The notes: generated by a model not told the origin, from the sequence alone. A stretch of DNA of 64,000 nt from an uncultured Gammaproteobacteria bacterium (GCA_964524895.1 CAZGFG010000005.1:5976-69975), one strand, 5' to 3'. Counted from the first letter of the stretch, positions 44,116 to 57,943 are shown. A program made the numbers and translations.

Positions 44116-44230
44116 TTAATGTACAAATAAGTTCTAACCTTGCTTCTCCTTTTCCAAAAGTGCAGACTCGAAAGTTAACAGCTATCTAAAGCTTCCCAAC
44201 TAAAACAAATAAATCCAAGCCGTTTAAAAA

Positions 44231-45250
44231 CTATATTACAGCAGGTGCATAAGCCACAATAACATCAATTATCCCTTCTTGATCCTTAATCGCTTTTATA
44301 AAATCGGTTGGAACATGGTCTCTGCTATAAACGAACACGAGAATCCCGTCAAATTTATCCTTGTTATTTTTAAGATAAGAGGGTATATCTGCTAATATCT
44401 CTTCCTGAATTCTTGGTAGCTCTTTCTTTGAAGGCACAAATTTATTTTCTATAAAAATTTTTATGCTGGGTATCGCAAAATCTGGTTTAGGGTTTTTTAC
44501 TCCAAAACGACTTAAATATTCTTCGTCCACAAGATCTGGGTACATTGGCTTTAATATTTTGTAAACATCAGCCCTTACTCCATCCTCATCTTTAATTGGA
44601 TCCTTATCATATTTTTTATAATCATTAAATCGCCTTAATGTATCTTTTATATCTATTTGGTTTGTCGGCAAGGTATTCAGAGGTTGCTTCTTTAAACTGG
44701 TTGCAACAATTGTCTCTAATTCCTTTGTTGTTTTTTCTTGAATACGGTCCAGCAATTCCGAAAGATTTTTTTTACTGATGGTATGAGTTTCATAGACTGC
44801 CACTCCACCAGGACTGGCAATTTGGTTACCTATAAAAACGGCAGATCCTTCTGCCAAACACGATTCTATTTTTGGAACGCCCATATACAGGTTATAAGCT
44901 TCGAAAGTACTAGAGGTTAACTTACCTTTGTTAGCTGTGTAGTAATCTGTTGGTAAACTACGGCTGTATGTATAAGATAAAACTGCTTCAACAATACGAT
45001 ATGGGGGTAACTGATCATTGGAACTGTATCCACTGATTTCTTTATCGATCCACTCGACCACCTCTTCTATTTCAACCATTTTTGCAACTAATCTTGCCCT
45101 CCTTAAAATTGTTAGGGTAGAAGATTGCCGTGTGTAAATCTCCTGCAATAGCTCAACAGCACGAGTATATACTTCCACATCAACTTGAGAATCTGGCATA
45201 CTCGGAATATACCGCTTTATGCGTTTTTTGGCAATTGGCACGAATATCAA
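44231..45250 (-). CDS. Hypothetical protein (339 aa) with C-terminal PD-(D/E)xK-like nuclease motif, immediately downstream of atpD in atpC's usual position
   Basis: C-terminal ...NPKPDFAIPSIKIFIENKF... gives PD-x11-ExK, consistent with a restriction-endonuclease-like fold; the N-terminal ~230 aa are unrecognised. The 10-nt gap after the atpD stop implies co-transcription with the atp operon. Confidence 0.35.
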   Translation of the reverse strand: MIFVPIAKKRIKRYIPSMPDSQVDVEVYTRAVELLQEIYTRQSSTLTILRRARLVAKMVEIEEVVEWIDKEISGYSSNDQLPPYRIVEAVLSYTYSRSLPTDYYTANKGKLTSSTFEAYNLYMGVPKIESCLAEGSAVFIGNQIASPGGVAVYETHTISKKNLSELLDRIQEKTTKELETIVATSLKKQPLNTLPTNQIDIKDTLRRFNDYKKYDKDPIKDEDGVRADVYKILKPMYPDLVDEEYLSRFGVKNPKPDFAIPSIKIFIENKFVPSKKELPRIQEEILADIPSYLKNNKDKFDGILVFVYSRDHVPTDFIKAIKDQEGIIDVIVAYAPAVI

Positions 45251-45260
45251 ATAGAGAATA

Positions 45261-47553
<2,293 letters not shown>

Positions 47554-47556
47554 AAC

Positions 47557-49113
47557 TTATTTCGCGGACTTTTTGTATAACTTCAAAATCTCTTCCGTTG
47601 CCTTTTGAAGTTCCTTGATCATTTTTTCATCCAGCTCTTTCTTCTCTCTAATTTCTTGGAGCAGCTTTTTATTTCTAAGCCTTAGGCTGGCTATATACTT
47701 TTGTTCAAAATCCCGCAACCTAGCAACCTCCAGCTCGTCCAAATAACCATTAGTTGCAGCCCAAAGAATGACCACCTGCTCCTCCATAGGGACAGGAGAA
47801 TAGGGTAGTTGTTTCAATACTTCCGTAATTCTTTTGCCCCTCTCTATTTGAGAGCGGGTTTGAGGGTCTAAATCGGAAGAGAATTGAGCAAAGGCTGCCA
47901 ATTCCCTAAATTGGGCCAAATCCAATTTAAGCCTTCCGGCCACAGATTTCATAGCTTTGGTTTGAGCAGTCCCACCAACCCTGGAAACAGACAAACCAAC
48001 GTTAACAGCCGGTCTAACACCCGCATAAAATAAATCCGATTCCAAATAAATTTGCCCATCAGTAATGGAAATAACATTAGTCGGAATATAGGCAGATACG
48101 TCTCCGGCTTGGGTTTCAATTACAGGTAAAGCAGTTAAAGACCCGCCTCCAAAATCTTTATTCAACCTGGCTGCCCGTTCGAGCAATCTGGAATGTAAAT
48201 AAAAGACATCCCCGGGATAGGCCTCTCGCCCGGAAGGCCTACGAAGTAAAAGGCTCATCTGGCGGTAAGCGTTGGCGTGCTTGGACAAATCATCATAGAC
48301 AATTAAGGCATCTTTACCCTGATCCATAAAATATTCCCCCAAAGCACAACCGCAATAGGGAGCCAGATATTGCATTGGTGCAGGATCAGAAGCAGAAGCT
48401 ATAACCACGATTGTGTGATCCATTGCTCCCAAATCTTCTAATTTGGCCACAATTTGAGCAACTTTAGAAACTTTTTGGCCGATGGCCACATAAATACAGG
48501 TTACACCCGCTCCGCCCGCACCCGCTCCGCCGCCAGACGAGGAGCGAGGCGAGTCTTTCTGGCTGATGATAGTGTCTACGGCAATAGTGGTTTTACCGGT
48601 GTTTCTATCCCCAATAATAAGCTCTCTTTGGCCCCGTCCTATCGGGATTAAGGCATCAATTGCCTTGATACCAGTTTGAAGGGGAGTGTTGACCGACTGC
48701 CTGGTAATAACACCGGGAGCAACCTTTTCAACCGGGTATCTTTTGTCGGCCTTAATCGGTCCTTTTCCATCTAACGGTAACCCCAGCGCATCAACTACAC
48801 GACCGACAAACGCATCGCCAACCGGAACCTGCAATACTTGGCCTGTGGTTTTAACTGTTGAGCCTTCCTTAACCTTGGTAAAATCTCCCAAAATAACCGC
48901 GCCAACACTATATTGCTCCAAGTTTAAAGCCAATCCGTAAACTTTATCCCCAAAATCAATAAGCTCTGATGACTGGACATCAGAGAGGCCTTCTATCCGG
49001 GCAATCCCGTCTCCAACCTCTACCACTCTCCCAATGTTTTCTTTACCAGCCTTAAGCTGTAAATTTTTAATCTGTTTTTCAATCTGGTCAACTACATCAC
49101 TAGCCATTGGCAA
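47557..49113 (-). CDS. atpA: ATP synthase F1 alpha subunit (with Gly/Ala-rich insertion near the P-loop region)
   Basis: GDRNTGKT P-loop, CIYVAIGQK; the insertion ...[31 protein letters not shown] is absent from typical alpha subunits. Confidence 0.95.
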   Translation of the reverse strand: MPMASDVVDQIEKQIKNLQLKAGKENIGRVVEVGDGIARIEGLSDVQSSELIDFGDKVYGLALNLEQYSVGAVILGDFTKVKEGSTVKTTGQVLQVPVGDAFVGRVVDALGLPLDGKGPIKADKRYPVEKVAPGVITRQSVNTPLQTGIKAIDALIPIGRGQRELIIGDRNTGKTTIAVDTIISQKDSPRSSSGGGAGAGGAGVTCIYVAIGQKVSKVAQIVAKLEDLGAMDHTIVVIASASDPAPMQYLAPYCGCALGEYFMDQGKDALIVYDDLSKHANAYRQMSLLLRRPSGREAYPGDVFYLHSRLLERAARLNKDFGGGSLTALPVIETQAGDVSAYIPTNVISITDGQIYLESDLFYAGVRPAVNVGLSVSRVGGTAQTKAMKSVAGRLKLDLAQFRELAAFAQFSSDLDPQTRSQIERGKRITEVLKQLPYSPVPMEEQVVILWAATNGYLDELEVARLRDFEQKYIASLRLRNKKLLQEIREKKELDEKMIKELQKATEEILKLYKKSAK

Positions 49114-49498
49114 TTGTTCCTTTCAGTTGGTTAATTCTATTCTTAATGGAGAAATCTATCACATCATCACCGATTTTAACCCTAAAACCCCCGTAAAGAG
49201 AAGGGTTTAAAATAAAATAAGAATTTAGAATACGGGTTGCAGGTTGCCATTTTTTTAGGACTAGGCTGCGCTCGCTTTGAGAAAGGGGAGTAGCGGATTC
49301 CACAACCGCAGTTTGTTTGGAAAGTTCCCTCTTAAGTCCTTTTACATAGCCTGTAAGAGTATATATAGCTTTTCTGGTGGGCAACTTCTTAAATTCCAGC
49401 ACCAACTTATTTACAACCTTTACCTGTAATTTCCCGGTCTGAAAGCTTGAGTGCACTGCCTTTTTGACTAAACTGTCTAAATATCTGTTTCTTTTCAT
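49100..49498 (-). CDS. atpH: ATP synthase delta (OSCP) subunit, short form
   Basis: Position between atpF and atpA; C-terminal [23 protein letters not shown] resembles the delta consensus; 132 aa. Confidence 0.65.
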   Translation of the reverse strand: MKRNRYLDSLVKKAVHSSFQTGKLQVKVVNKLVLEFKKLPTRKAIYTLTGYVKGLKRELSKQTAVVESATPLSQSERSLVLKKWQPATRILNSYFILNPSLYGGFRVKIGDDVIDFSIKNRINQLKGTIANG

Positions 49499-49995
49499 AT
49501 TTTTAAGTCTTTAACGCTTTTTTCTATCAAATCCTTCTGATCTTTCTGGGACAAAGCTTTCCCTACTACCTTCTCAAGGGAAACAACCACCAGATCTGCC
49601 AATTCCGTTCTTATTTCCTGGAACATCTTTTCCCGTTCTAACTTAATGCTTTCTCCGCCTTTTTTAACAATTTTTTCCATCTCTTGGGTTGCTTTTTGCT
49701 TGGCATCCGCAACCAACAAACCTGCAGATTTGGTAGCCTCATCCAATATCCGTTGAGCTTCCGAGGCAGCTTTGGCTAAAGCCTTTTCTCTTTCTTCTTC
49801 TGTCTGGATTAGCTTTTTTTCTATCTCTTGGGCATTTTTAAGGCTTTCTGCTATCCTTCTCTTACGTTCCGCTAAAACCTTCAGGATTGGACGATATAAA
49901 ACTTTTTTCAGGATAAAGAGAAGGATTAGAAAATTAACCGCCTGCGCGGCAAGTAAAATAGGTTGAACCCCAAATTGTTCCAAGATCTTTTCCAT
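49495..49995 (-). CDS. atpF: ATP synthase Fo subunit b
   Basis: N-terminal TM helix then a long charged coiled coil (EKKLIQTEEEREKALAKAASEAQ...). Confidence 0.8.
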   Translation of the reverse strand: MEKILEQFGVQPILLAAQAVNFLILLFILKKVLYRPILKVLAERKRRIAESLKNAQEIEKKLIQTEEEREKALAKAASEAQRILDEATKSAGLLVADAKQKATQEMEKIVKKGGESIKLEREKMFQEIRTELADLVVVSLEKVVGKALSQKDQKDLIEKSVKDLKI

Positions 49996-50174
49996 AAATT
50001 AGCTACTTCATTCCAATAAAGAGCAGCAAAGTCTAGGCCAGTCAAAGTATGTAGTGCAGTCCGACTTAAATCTTATTTAATGGTTCGACCATTCACTACG
50101 GCGTCGGACAAACTTCAAGCGAGGCTACTGGTAGGCCAAGCGATACTTTGCAGCCAGACGAGCTGATCTGGCAC

Positions 50175-51144
<970 letters not shown>

Positions 51145-51203
51145 TGTGGGTATTGTACAGAAAAAGTGAACCTCCGGTCAATCCGTTTTGATATAATTCG
51201 ATT

Positions 51204-51788
51204 ATGAACAAAAAGAACCTACAAGATTTGGCGATTTGCCTGAAAAAAGGTGGGATAGCAGTCATCCCTACGGATACAATATACGGAATAGTCGGCTCTG
51301 CCCTAAATCCTGATACGGTGGGAAAAATTTACAATCTAAGACAAAGGGCTGGCAGCAAACCCCTGATAATCCTGATCTCTTCCCTGAAAGATCTGGAAAA
51401 ATTCCACATTAAGCTGCCTTTAAGGCAAAAAAGATTCTTAACAAAAATTTGGCCAAATCCTGTGAGTGTAATCTTACCCTGCAAAAACGACGACCTGGAA
51501 CATCTTCACCGGGGAACAAACAGTCTAGCCTTCAGAATTCCCAACCTTCCCTGGCTTCTTGATTTGCTAAAACATACAGGACCCTTGGTGGCTCCCAGTG
51601 CCAATCCGGAAGGTAAAATACCGGCAAAAAATATCACAGAGGCCAGGAATTATTTTACAGACAGAGTAGATATTTATGTGGATACTGGTTCAAAAATAAA
51701 AAGCGCATCCTCTGCAGTAATTCGTCTGAAAGGGGACAAGATAGAGGTATTGCGGGAAGGTATCTTTTCTGTACCGGCAACTTTTTGA
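51204..51788 (+). CDS. tsaC: L-threonylcarbamoyladenylate synthase (TsaC/YrdC/Sua5 family)
   Basis: IAVIPTDTIYGIVGSALNP...KIYNLRQRAGSKPLIIL is the YrdC domain signature. Confidence 0.85.
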   Translation: MNKKNLQDLAICLKKGGIAVIPTDTIYGIVGSALNPDTVGKIYNLRQRAGSKPLIILISSLKDLEKFHIKLPLRQKRFLTKIWPNPVSVILPCKNDDLEHLHRGTNSLAFRIPNLPWLLDLLKHTGPLVAPSANPEGKIPAKNITEARNYFTDRVDIYVDTGSKIKSASSAVIRLKGDKIEVLREGIFSVPATF

Positions 51789-51790
51789 TT

Positions 51791-53365
51791 CTAATCCAGC
51801 TTTTCCCGTTGGGTCCTTAGATAGAGAAACCACTGTTCAAAAAAGGAAAATAAACTTTTGAAGGGAGCTTCAATTAGCATGTCAAATATAGACAATAAGA
51901 TATTTAATTGGGAGATCCCCATAGTCAGATTCTTGCCTATCTGAATAAAAGGCATAAAGAAAAAATCAAACAATACTGCCCCTACATTTTCTCTATCCTG
52001 CTTTATTGTATACATATTGGCCGTTTGGTTAATCCGGTAAGAAAGAAAAGATACTATAGCCAAGAAGAATAGGAAAATTGCCATGCTTAAAATGTTAAAG
52101 TGCAGTTTAGACAGAATAAAGACAATCGCCCCAAAACCCAGAATTACCGCTACAACCCAAAGCCCAATAAAAAGTAAACTTAACAATGGATCTGTTTTAC
52201 TGGATGTTTTTTTGACTACTAAAGGGCGCTCTAAAACCGGATTTTCCTCAAATAAAATAGTTTTAATTTGTCCCAGAATACGGTTAGAATTATCCTTTCC
52301 CGGAGTTTTAATAAACATACCAACCACTACCATCAAAAGGGGAGGGGTAAGTGTATTTATAACCATAGATCCCCACAAAACTTTGCCATAAAGTAAGTTT
52401 TCAAAAGTGCCTTCAACTGCCAAAGCAAATAACGCTTTGGTAAAAAATAGAAAGATTACACTTCTTACAATTGCCCTTTTAACCCTCTCCATAATACCTT
52501 TATACCGGTTAGAACAGGCTTCCAAAACTGCCAAAGCCAGTTTCTCTTCCTCTTCCACTAAAGCTTTGGCCTCAAGAGGATATTTCTTTAACACATCCTC
52601 CAAAATAAAGAAGGGGATGATTTGTTTTTTTATGTAGCCGTAAATTTTATCTTTGATTGGATATTGTAACTGCTCCTGGATTTCGGTATAGCCTTCTATA
52701 AAGTGATCGGCAATATTATCCAATCGCTGCTCATTTAAATCCCCGAAATATTGCAAAAAAAGATGAAACCGCAAAAGCGGTAAGTCCTCTTTTGCATAAG
52801 CGCGCCTTACTGCAATGAATGTCTGTACATCGCGATTTTTTTCCAGATCATCGGAGATTGTAATAGTACTTCGAAAAATGTGGTAAATAAAATTACTCAT
52901 TAATTCTTTTTGATGATCCGGTTTTAATGTTCTCTCAATATCGGAAGACATTAGGTTTAGAATCCATTCCCGAACCGTACTTTTAGATAATTTATTTTTG
53001 GAAAAAATCAACTCCTGCAACCTTAAGTAGAGATCAATCTTTTTTTCCACCTCTTCCACTATAGTTTCCGGAACACTACTGTCCGGGAAATACCTGGCCC
53101 AAACCAGCTCCCGGATCAATGGAGCAGCCACGCTCTTACCGCTTCCTCCCAATAACAGTCTTCTTTTTAGAATTCTCTCTATAGAAGAGCGCAAAATTAC
53201 TTCTTCCTCACGGTAATCCATAGCCGTGCGCAGCTTTTCATACCAACTAGCAACTTCGGCAACTACCGGGTTTACCGAAATAGTTTTTTCTTGTGTTATT
53301 AACTTATTCCTATCGAATGCTGATATTAAAATAGACGAAATTTTGGATAAAGACCTTTGCGCCAT
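51791..53365 (-). CDS. Hypothetical membrane protein (N-terminal soluble region + C-terminal multi-TM domain)
   Basis: 524 aa; ~300-aa helical N-terminal region, then 5-6 hydrophobic helices. Confidence 0.4.
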   Translation of the reverse strand: MAQRSLSKISSILISAFDRNKLITQEKTISVNPVVAEVASWYEKLRTAMDYREEEVILRSSIERILKRRLLLGGSGKSVAAPLIRELVWARYFPDSSVPETIVEEVEKKIDLYLRLQELIFSKNKLSKSTVREWILNLMSSDIERTLKPDHQKELMSNFIYHIFRSTITISDDLEKNRDVQTFIAVRRAYAKEDLPLLRFHLFLQYFGDLNEQRLDNIADHFIEGYTEIQEQLQYPIKDKIYGYIKKQIIPFFILEDVLKKYPLEAKALVEEEEKLALAVLEACSNRYKGIMERVKRAIVRSVIFLFFTKALFALAVEGTFENLLYGKVLWGSMVINTLTPPLLMVVVGMFIKTPGKDNSNRILGQIKTILFEENPVLERPLVVKKTSSKTDPLLSLLFIGLWVVAVILGFGAIVFILSKLHFNILSMAIFLFFLAIVSFLSYRINQTANMYTIKQDRENVGAVLFDFFFMPFIQIGKNLTMGISQLNILLSIFDMLIEAPFKSLFSFFEQWFLYLRTQREKLD

Positions 53366-53482
53366 AAGCGTTCAAATATATAGACTAAAGTCAGACAAAA
53401 TTCAACCGAGCAGATTGATGGAGATAATACTTGCGTCTGCTGTTTTTCGTAAGTACAATAAGCATAAGTTAACTAAACTAGA

Positions 53483-54583
53483 ATGACTACAGAGGAAAAG
53501 ATTAAGCTAATTACCAGAAATCTGGAAGAAGTTCTAACAGAAGAAGAATTAAGATCCCTCATAGAATCTAATACTCCCCTAAAACATTATATTGGCCTGG
53601 AGATCTCCGGGAAAGCCCATATGGGATGGATATATATGATGATGAAAATTAAAGACTTCCAAGAGGCAGGAGTAGAAGTCAACATTTTACTGGCTGACTG
53701 GCATACATGGCTTAATAAAAAACTAGATGGTACATTGGAAACTGCCAAAAGGCTGGCTCGGGATTATTTTGAGGAAGCTCTTAAAGCTGCAGGGATAGTA
53801 GCTGGATGCGATACCCAAAAAATAAATTTTGTTTTGGGGAGTGAGCTTTATGCGCAGTTGGGCACCGACTATTGGGCTTTGGTGATAAAGGTTGCAAAAG
53901 CTACCACTTTATCCCGCATGATTCGTTCCACTACTATAATGGGCCGTAAAGAAAGCGAGATTTCTGATACGGCTATGTTAATCTACCCTGCCATGCAGTC
54001 CGCAGATATTTTTGCTTTAGGAGTCAACTTGGCACATGCTGGGATGGATCAAAGGAATGTACATGTCGTAGCACGGGAGGCAGCAAAACAGCTAGGACAT
54101 GAGAAACCAGTAGCTCTTCACCACCATCTGTTACAAGGATTAATGCAACCTGTCGTTGTCACAGATGAGACCGGGAAGCAAACATTGGATGTGGAAGCTG
54201 CCAAAATGAGTAAGTCCAAACCAAACAGTGCAGTTTTTATCCACGATTCCGAAGAGCAGATCAGAGAAAAAATTACAGCAGCTTATGCACCGGAAGGGAT
54301 AGTGGAATTTAACCCCATTTTGGATTGGACTAAACATTTAATTTTTTATAATGAAAATACGACCTTTATTGTCAAAAGGGAGGAGAGGTGGGGAGGGGAT
54401 TTAACCTATACTTCTTATCAAGATTTGGAGAAAGATTATGCAGATAAAAAACTGCATCCACAGGATTTAAAAACTGCCGTGGCAGATTGGCTGATAGAAA
54501 AGCTTGAACCGGCCAGGGAATATTTTGAAGACCCCAAAAGAAAAGCCGCCCTGGAAGAGATGGAAAGATTAACTAAAAAATAA
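53483..54583 (+). CDS. tyrS: Tyrosine--tRNA ligase, archaeal/eukaryotic type
   Basis: Near-colinear with M. jannaschii TyrRS: EISGKAHMGW (HIGH variant), ...IYPAMQSADI..., KMSKSKPNSAVFIHDSEEQIREKITAAYAPEGIVEFNPIL..., REERWGGDLTYTSYQDLEKDYADKKLHPQDLKTAVADWLIEKLEPAREYF. Confidence 0.85.
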   Translation: MTTEEKIKLITRNLEEVLTEEELRSLIESNTPLKHYIGLEISGKAHMGWIYMMMKIKDFQEAGVEVNILLADWHTWLNKKLDGTLETAKRLARDYFEEALKAAGIVAGCDTQKINFVLGSELYAQLGTDYWALVIKVAKATTLSRMIRSTTIMGRKESEISDTAMLIYPAMQSADIFALGVNLAHAGMDQRNVHVVAREAAKQLGHEKPVALHHHLLQGLMQPVVVTDETGKQTLDVEAAKMSKSKPNSAVFIHDSEEQIREKITAAYAPEGIVEFNPILDWTKHLIFYNENTTFIVKREERWGGDLTYTSYQDLEKDYADKKLHPQDLKTAVADWLIEKLEPAREYFEDPKRKAALEEMERLTKK

Positions 54584-54711
54584 AAGTATGTATTCTAAGA
54601 AATTCAGAGTTGTTTGGATTATACTTTCGGTAATTGCAGGCATTGCTATTTTACTCTTTTCTTTCCTGCCTCTTTTGACCGCGCTTTAAGACTCTGCGAT
54701 AATACCTCCAA

Positions 54712-56781
54712 ATGAATTTAAACACCAAGCTCTCCGAGCTTACCGGTATCGGGTCTTCTTTATCTTATAAATTGAGCAAACTTAATATTGTCACTGCCGG
54801 GGATTTAATCTATCATTTTCCCTTCCGTTATGATGATTTTTCTCAAGTTGTAAATGTTTTAGAGGCAAAGATAGGGGAGAAAGTCACTCTAGTAGGTGAG
54901 ATTTGGAGTATCAAAAATATTTTTACCCGCTCCAGAAAAGTCTTAACCAGGGCTATTTTTAATGACGGTACTTCTCCTATAGAACTTACCTGGTTTAACC
55001 AAAGCTGGTTAACAAAACAGATCCAGACAGGAGACCGGCTGCAAATCTCCGGGAAGGTGAACAAATATAAAAACAGGCTCTCTATTATTGCCCCAACTTG
55101 GGAAAAGCTGGCACCCGACTCACTGACACACCGATCCACTGATAGATTGATTCATACCGGCAGATTAGTACCTATTTATCCTGAAACTTTTGACCTTAGT
55201 TCTAAATGGATCAGGACTAAAATTTCACAAATCTTCCCTCAAGTTAAAAACCAAATAAAAGATCCCTTACCGGATTCTATCCGGGGCCAAATGCTTCTAC
55301 TGCCGGAGGCTTTAGAACAAATACATCTTCCCAAAGATTGGCAAGCAGTAGAGAAGAGCCGGGAAAGGCTGGGGTTTGATGAGATGTTCCTTGTTCAGCT
55401 GGCTACTCAAAAGGTAAGGCAAAAGTGGCAGCAAAGAAAATCTGTTAAACCTTTAAGGGTTGATCAAACCAAGTTGGATAATTTTATCAAAGGCCTGCCC
55501 TTTCAACTAACAACAGCCCAACAGAAGGTCATCAATCAGATATCCACAGATCTGCAGCAACCATATCCTATGAATAGGTTAGTCCAGGGAGAAGTAGGCT
55601 CGGGTAAAACAGTCGTTGCTACCACCATAGCTTACCTGACTCACCTAAACGGCCTCAAGACACTGTTTATGGCCCCTACCGAAATACTGGCCTTCCAACA
55701 TTTTGAAACTATATCCAAGCTCCTGGGACCATATGGAATTAAAATAGGAATTTATACCGGCAGCAAAAAGTTTAATAAGGGAAAAAGGTCTACTACTAAA
55801 GCCCAAACCCTAGACCCTATACCCTCTATGATCATTGGTACACATGCCCTTTTATCGGATAAACTTGCCATAGATAATGTTGGCCTAATAGTGATCGATG
55901 AACAACAAAGATTTGGTGTGGAGCAAAGAAGTTTACTTCGGTCTCGGGCCAAAGTACCTCATTTCTTAACCATGACGGCTACCCCCATCCCCAGAACCGT
56001 AGCCCTAACAATCTACGGTGATTTGGATCTATCTATTATAGATGAACTTCCGAAAAACAGGCAAAAAATAAAAACATATGTTGTACCGTCCAAAAAAAGA
56101 ACAGATGCTTATGGGTTTATCCAAAAACAAATAGAAGAGGGGGGGCAGGCTTATATTATTACTCCGCTGATTGAACAATCTGAAACTTTAACCTCTGCCC
56201 GGGCAGCCAAAGAGGAATTCGAGAGGCTATCTAAAAAGATTTTTCCTAAACTTAAGCTTGGGCTTTTGCATGGCAGGTTGAAACCCAGGGAAAAAGAGGC
56301 GGTAATGAAAAATTTTAAAGAAGGAGAGATAAATATACTGGTTTCCACCTCGGTCGTAGAAGTAGGTGTAGATATCCCAAATGCCACCGTTATGGTAATT
56401 GAGGGGGCTGAAAGGTTCGGGCTTGCCCAACTACATCAGCTACGGGGTAGGGTTGGACGGGGGAGTAGACAATCTTTCTGCCTGCTGTTTAGTGAAAATG
56501 ATCTGCAGCAAAATATATCCAGACTAAAACATTTGGAAAGAACTGATAATGGAATGGGGTTGGCAGAACTGGATTTAAAGATTAGAGGCAGTGGGGAAAT
56601 TTTTGGTAAAAGACAATCCGGCAGGTTTGAGTTTAAGATTGCTTCTTTTTCAGATTTGAGTTTGATTGAGAAGACTAGGAAAGCTGCTCAAAAATTACTA
56701 CAAGATAATCCTACGCTTGACAAATACCCCTTTCTCAAGGCACAATTAGCTGCAAAGACAGGCGAAATAATGCCTGACTGA
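54712..56781 (+). CDS. recG: ATP-dependent DNA helicase RecG
   Basis: Wedge/OB N-terminal domain, Walker A GEVGSGKTVVA, DEQQRFGV (DExH), helicase C-terminal motifs; 689 aa. Confidence 0.9.
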   Translation: MNLNTKLSELTGIGSSLSYKLSKLNIVTAGDLIYHFPFRYDDFSQVVNVLEAKIGEKVTLVGEIWSIKNIFTRSRKVLTRAIFNDGTSPIELTWFNQSWLTKQIQTGDRLQISGKVNKYKNRLSIIAPTWEKLAPDSLTHRSTDRLIHTGRLVPIYPETFDLSSKWIRTKISQIFPQVKNQIKDPLPDSIRGQMLLLPEALEQIHLPKDWQAVEKSRERLGFDEMFLVQLATQKVRQKWQQRKSVKPLRVDQTKLDNFIKGLPFQLTTAQQKVINQISTDLQQPYPMNRLVQGEVGSGKTVVATTIAYLTHLNGLKTLFMAPTEILAFQHFETISKLLGPYGIKIGIYTGSKKFNKGKRSTTKAQTLDPIPSMIIGTHALLSDKLAIDNVGLIVIDEQQRFGVEQRSLLRSRAKVPHFLTMTATPIPRTVALTIYGDLDLSIIDELPKNRQKIKTYVVPSKKRTDAYGFIQKQIEEGGQAYIITPLIEQSETLTSARAAKEEFERLSKKIFPKLKLGLLHGRLKPREKEAVMKNFKEGEINILVSTSVVEVGVDIPNATVMVIEGAERFGLAQLHQLRGRVGRGSRQSFCLLFSENDLQQNISRLKHLERTDNGMGLAELDLKIRGSGEIFGKRQSGRFEFKIASFSDLSLIEKTRKAAQKLLQDNPTLDKYPFLKAQLAAKTGEIMPD

Positions 56782-56787
56782 AAAAAT

Positions 56788-56988
56788 ATGTCACAAGAAC
56801 CAAAGAGAAGACATTCTAAGGCAAGAAAAAGGACCAGGAGAGCATCAATATTGCTTCGGGCTGCTGCAACTATTAATTGTAAAAATTGCGGCAAACTAAC
56901 CCTACCACACATTGTATGTAAGGAATGTGGTTTTTATGGCGGAAAAGAAATTTCCAAAACCCAAAAAGTCACTGTCACTAAAGCTTAA
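56788..56988 (+). CDS. rpmF: 50S ribosomal protein L32 (zinc-ribbon form)
   Basis: ...KRRHSKARKRTRRAS...NCKNCGK...CKECGFYGG resembles B. subtilis-type L32 with CxxC..CxxC. Confidence 0.75.
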   Translation: MSQEPKRRHSKARKRTRRASILLRAAATINCKNCGKLTLPHIVCKECGFYGGKEISKTQKVTVTKA

Positions 56989-57165
56989 ACAATCCCTCTA
57001 TCTTTTGACTTCTTTGGTGCAACCTTTTCCACAATACCTGCCTAAGAGTTCTGCGGGGGTGGTTTGATTTGAAGTCTTTCAGGACCTTGCTTGATGTCCA
57101 TTAGCTTGATTTTAACATAAATAAGTTGATTGCCCAGCTCTTCATTACTGTGCTAAAATCAGATC

Positions 57166-57672
57166 ATGCTTACTAAAGACCAGAAAAATTATTTGAAGAA
57201 AATACCATCCGATAAAAAAGTAAAGATTTACCCATTTAGTAACACAGCTACAAAAACGGCTGAGAAAATAATTGGATCTGTTAAAGAGATATATCCAAAT
57301 TTGGAAATTAACCAAATGGGGGCTTCTGCTCTGGGGATTTCAGGTCAAAAAGAGTTGGATGTTTATGCTTACTCTAATCCGTCAGATTTTAACAAGTATC
57401 TTCCAGGACTTATCAGACTTTTAGGAAAACCTCTAAATAGACACAATACCTTTGTAGAGTGGAAATCTAATAAAAACGGTTTTGAAGTGGAGTTCTATCT
57501 AACTGCGCCAGATTCCGAAACAATGAAACAACAAATTATGGTATTTGAAATTCTGAGAGCCAATAAAAGACTGCTCAAAGAATATCAGGAGTTAAAATCA
57601 AGGATGAATGGTGAATCGTTAAGAAAATATCAAAAGAAAAAGTATGAGTTTTACAATAAGATTCTCAAATGA
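57166..57672 (+). CDS. Hypothetical protein, possibly GrpB-like/minimal nucleotidyltransferase fold
   Basis: MGASALGISGQKELDVYAY loosely fits hG[GS]-x9-13-Dh[DE]h; weak. Confidence 0.3.
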   Translation: MLTKDQKNYLKKIPSDKKVKIYPFSNTATKTAEKIIGSVKEIYPNLEINQMGASALGISGQKELDVYAYSNPSDFNKYLPGLIRLLGKPLNRHNTFVEWKSNKNGFEVEFYLTAPDSETMKQQIMVFEILRANKRLLKEYQELKSRMNGESLRKYQKKKYEFYNKILK

Positions 57673-57673
57673 G

Positions 57674-57943
57674 TTACTTTCTAGACTTCGAAATAAGTTT
57701 TTGTTTTTGAACTTGGGATATTCCTTTAAGTACAAATTCAAACATTCCAACCCATTGGTCGAAAGTTAACTCACTCGGCATGTCGTTGACTCTAAATCCG
57801 AGATCTTGAGCTAAACAATTAAGCTGGTTAGAAGTAAATATATCTGAGAGGTTTTGTTTTAATCTCCCACCTCCCCCAAAACCTCTAGTAACAAAAAGTT
57901 CATACAACGCCAAGCCCACCCTCCAGGTGGTTCGAATTGACAC
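57674..57943 (-). CDS. Hypothetical small protein (89 aa); possibly not coding
   Basis: ORF only; its 5' end overlaps the REP-like hairpin. A degenerate MNT-like GFGGGGRLKQNLSDIF is noted but not convincing. Confidence 0.2.
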   Translation of the reverse strand: MSIRTTWRVGLALYELFVTRGFGGGGRLKQNLSDIFTSNQLNCLAQDLGFRVNDMPSELTFDQWVGMFEFVLKGISQVQKQKLISKSRK

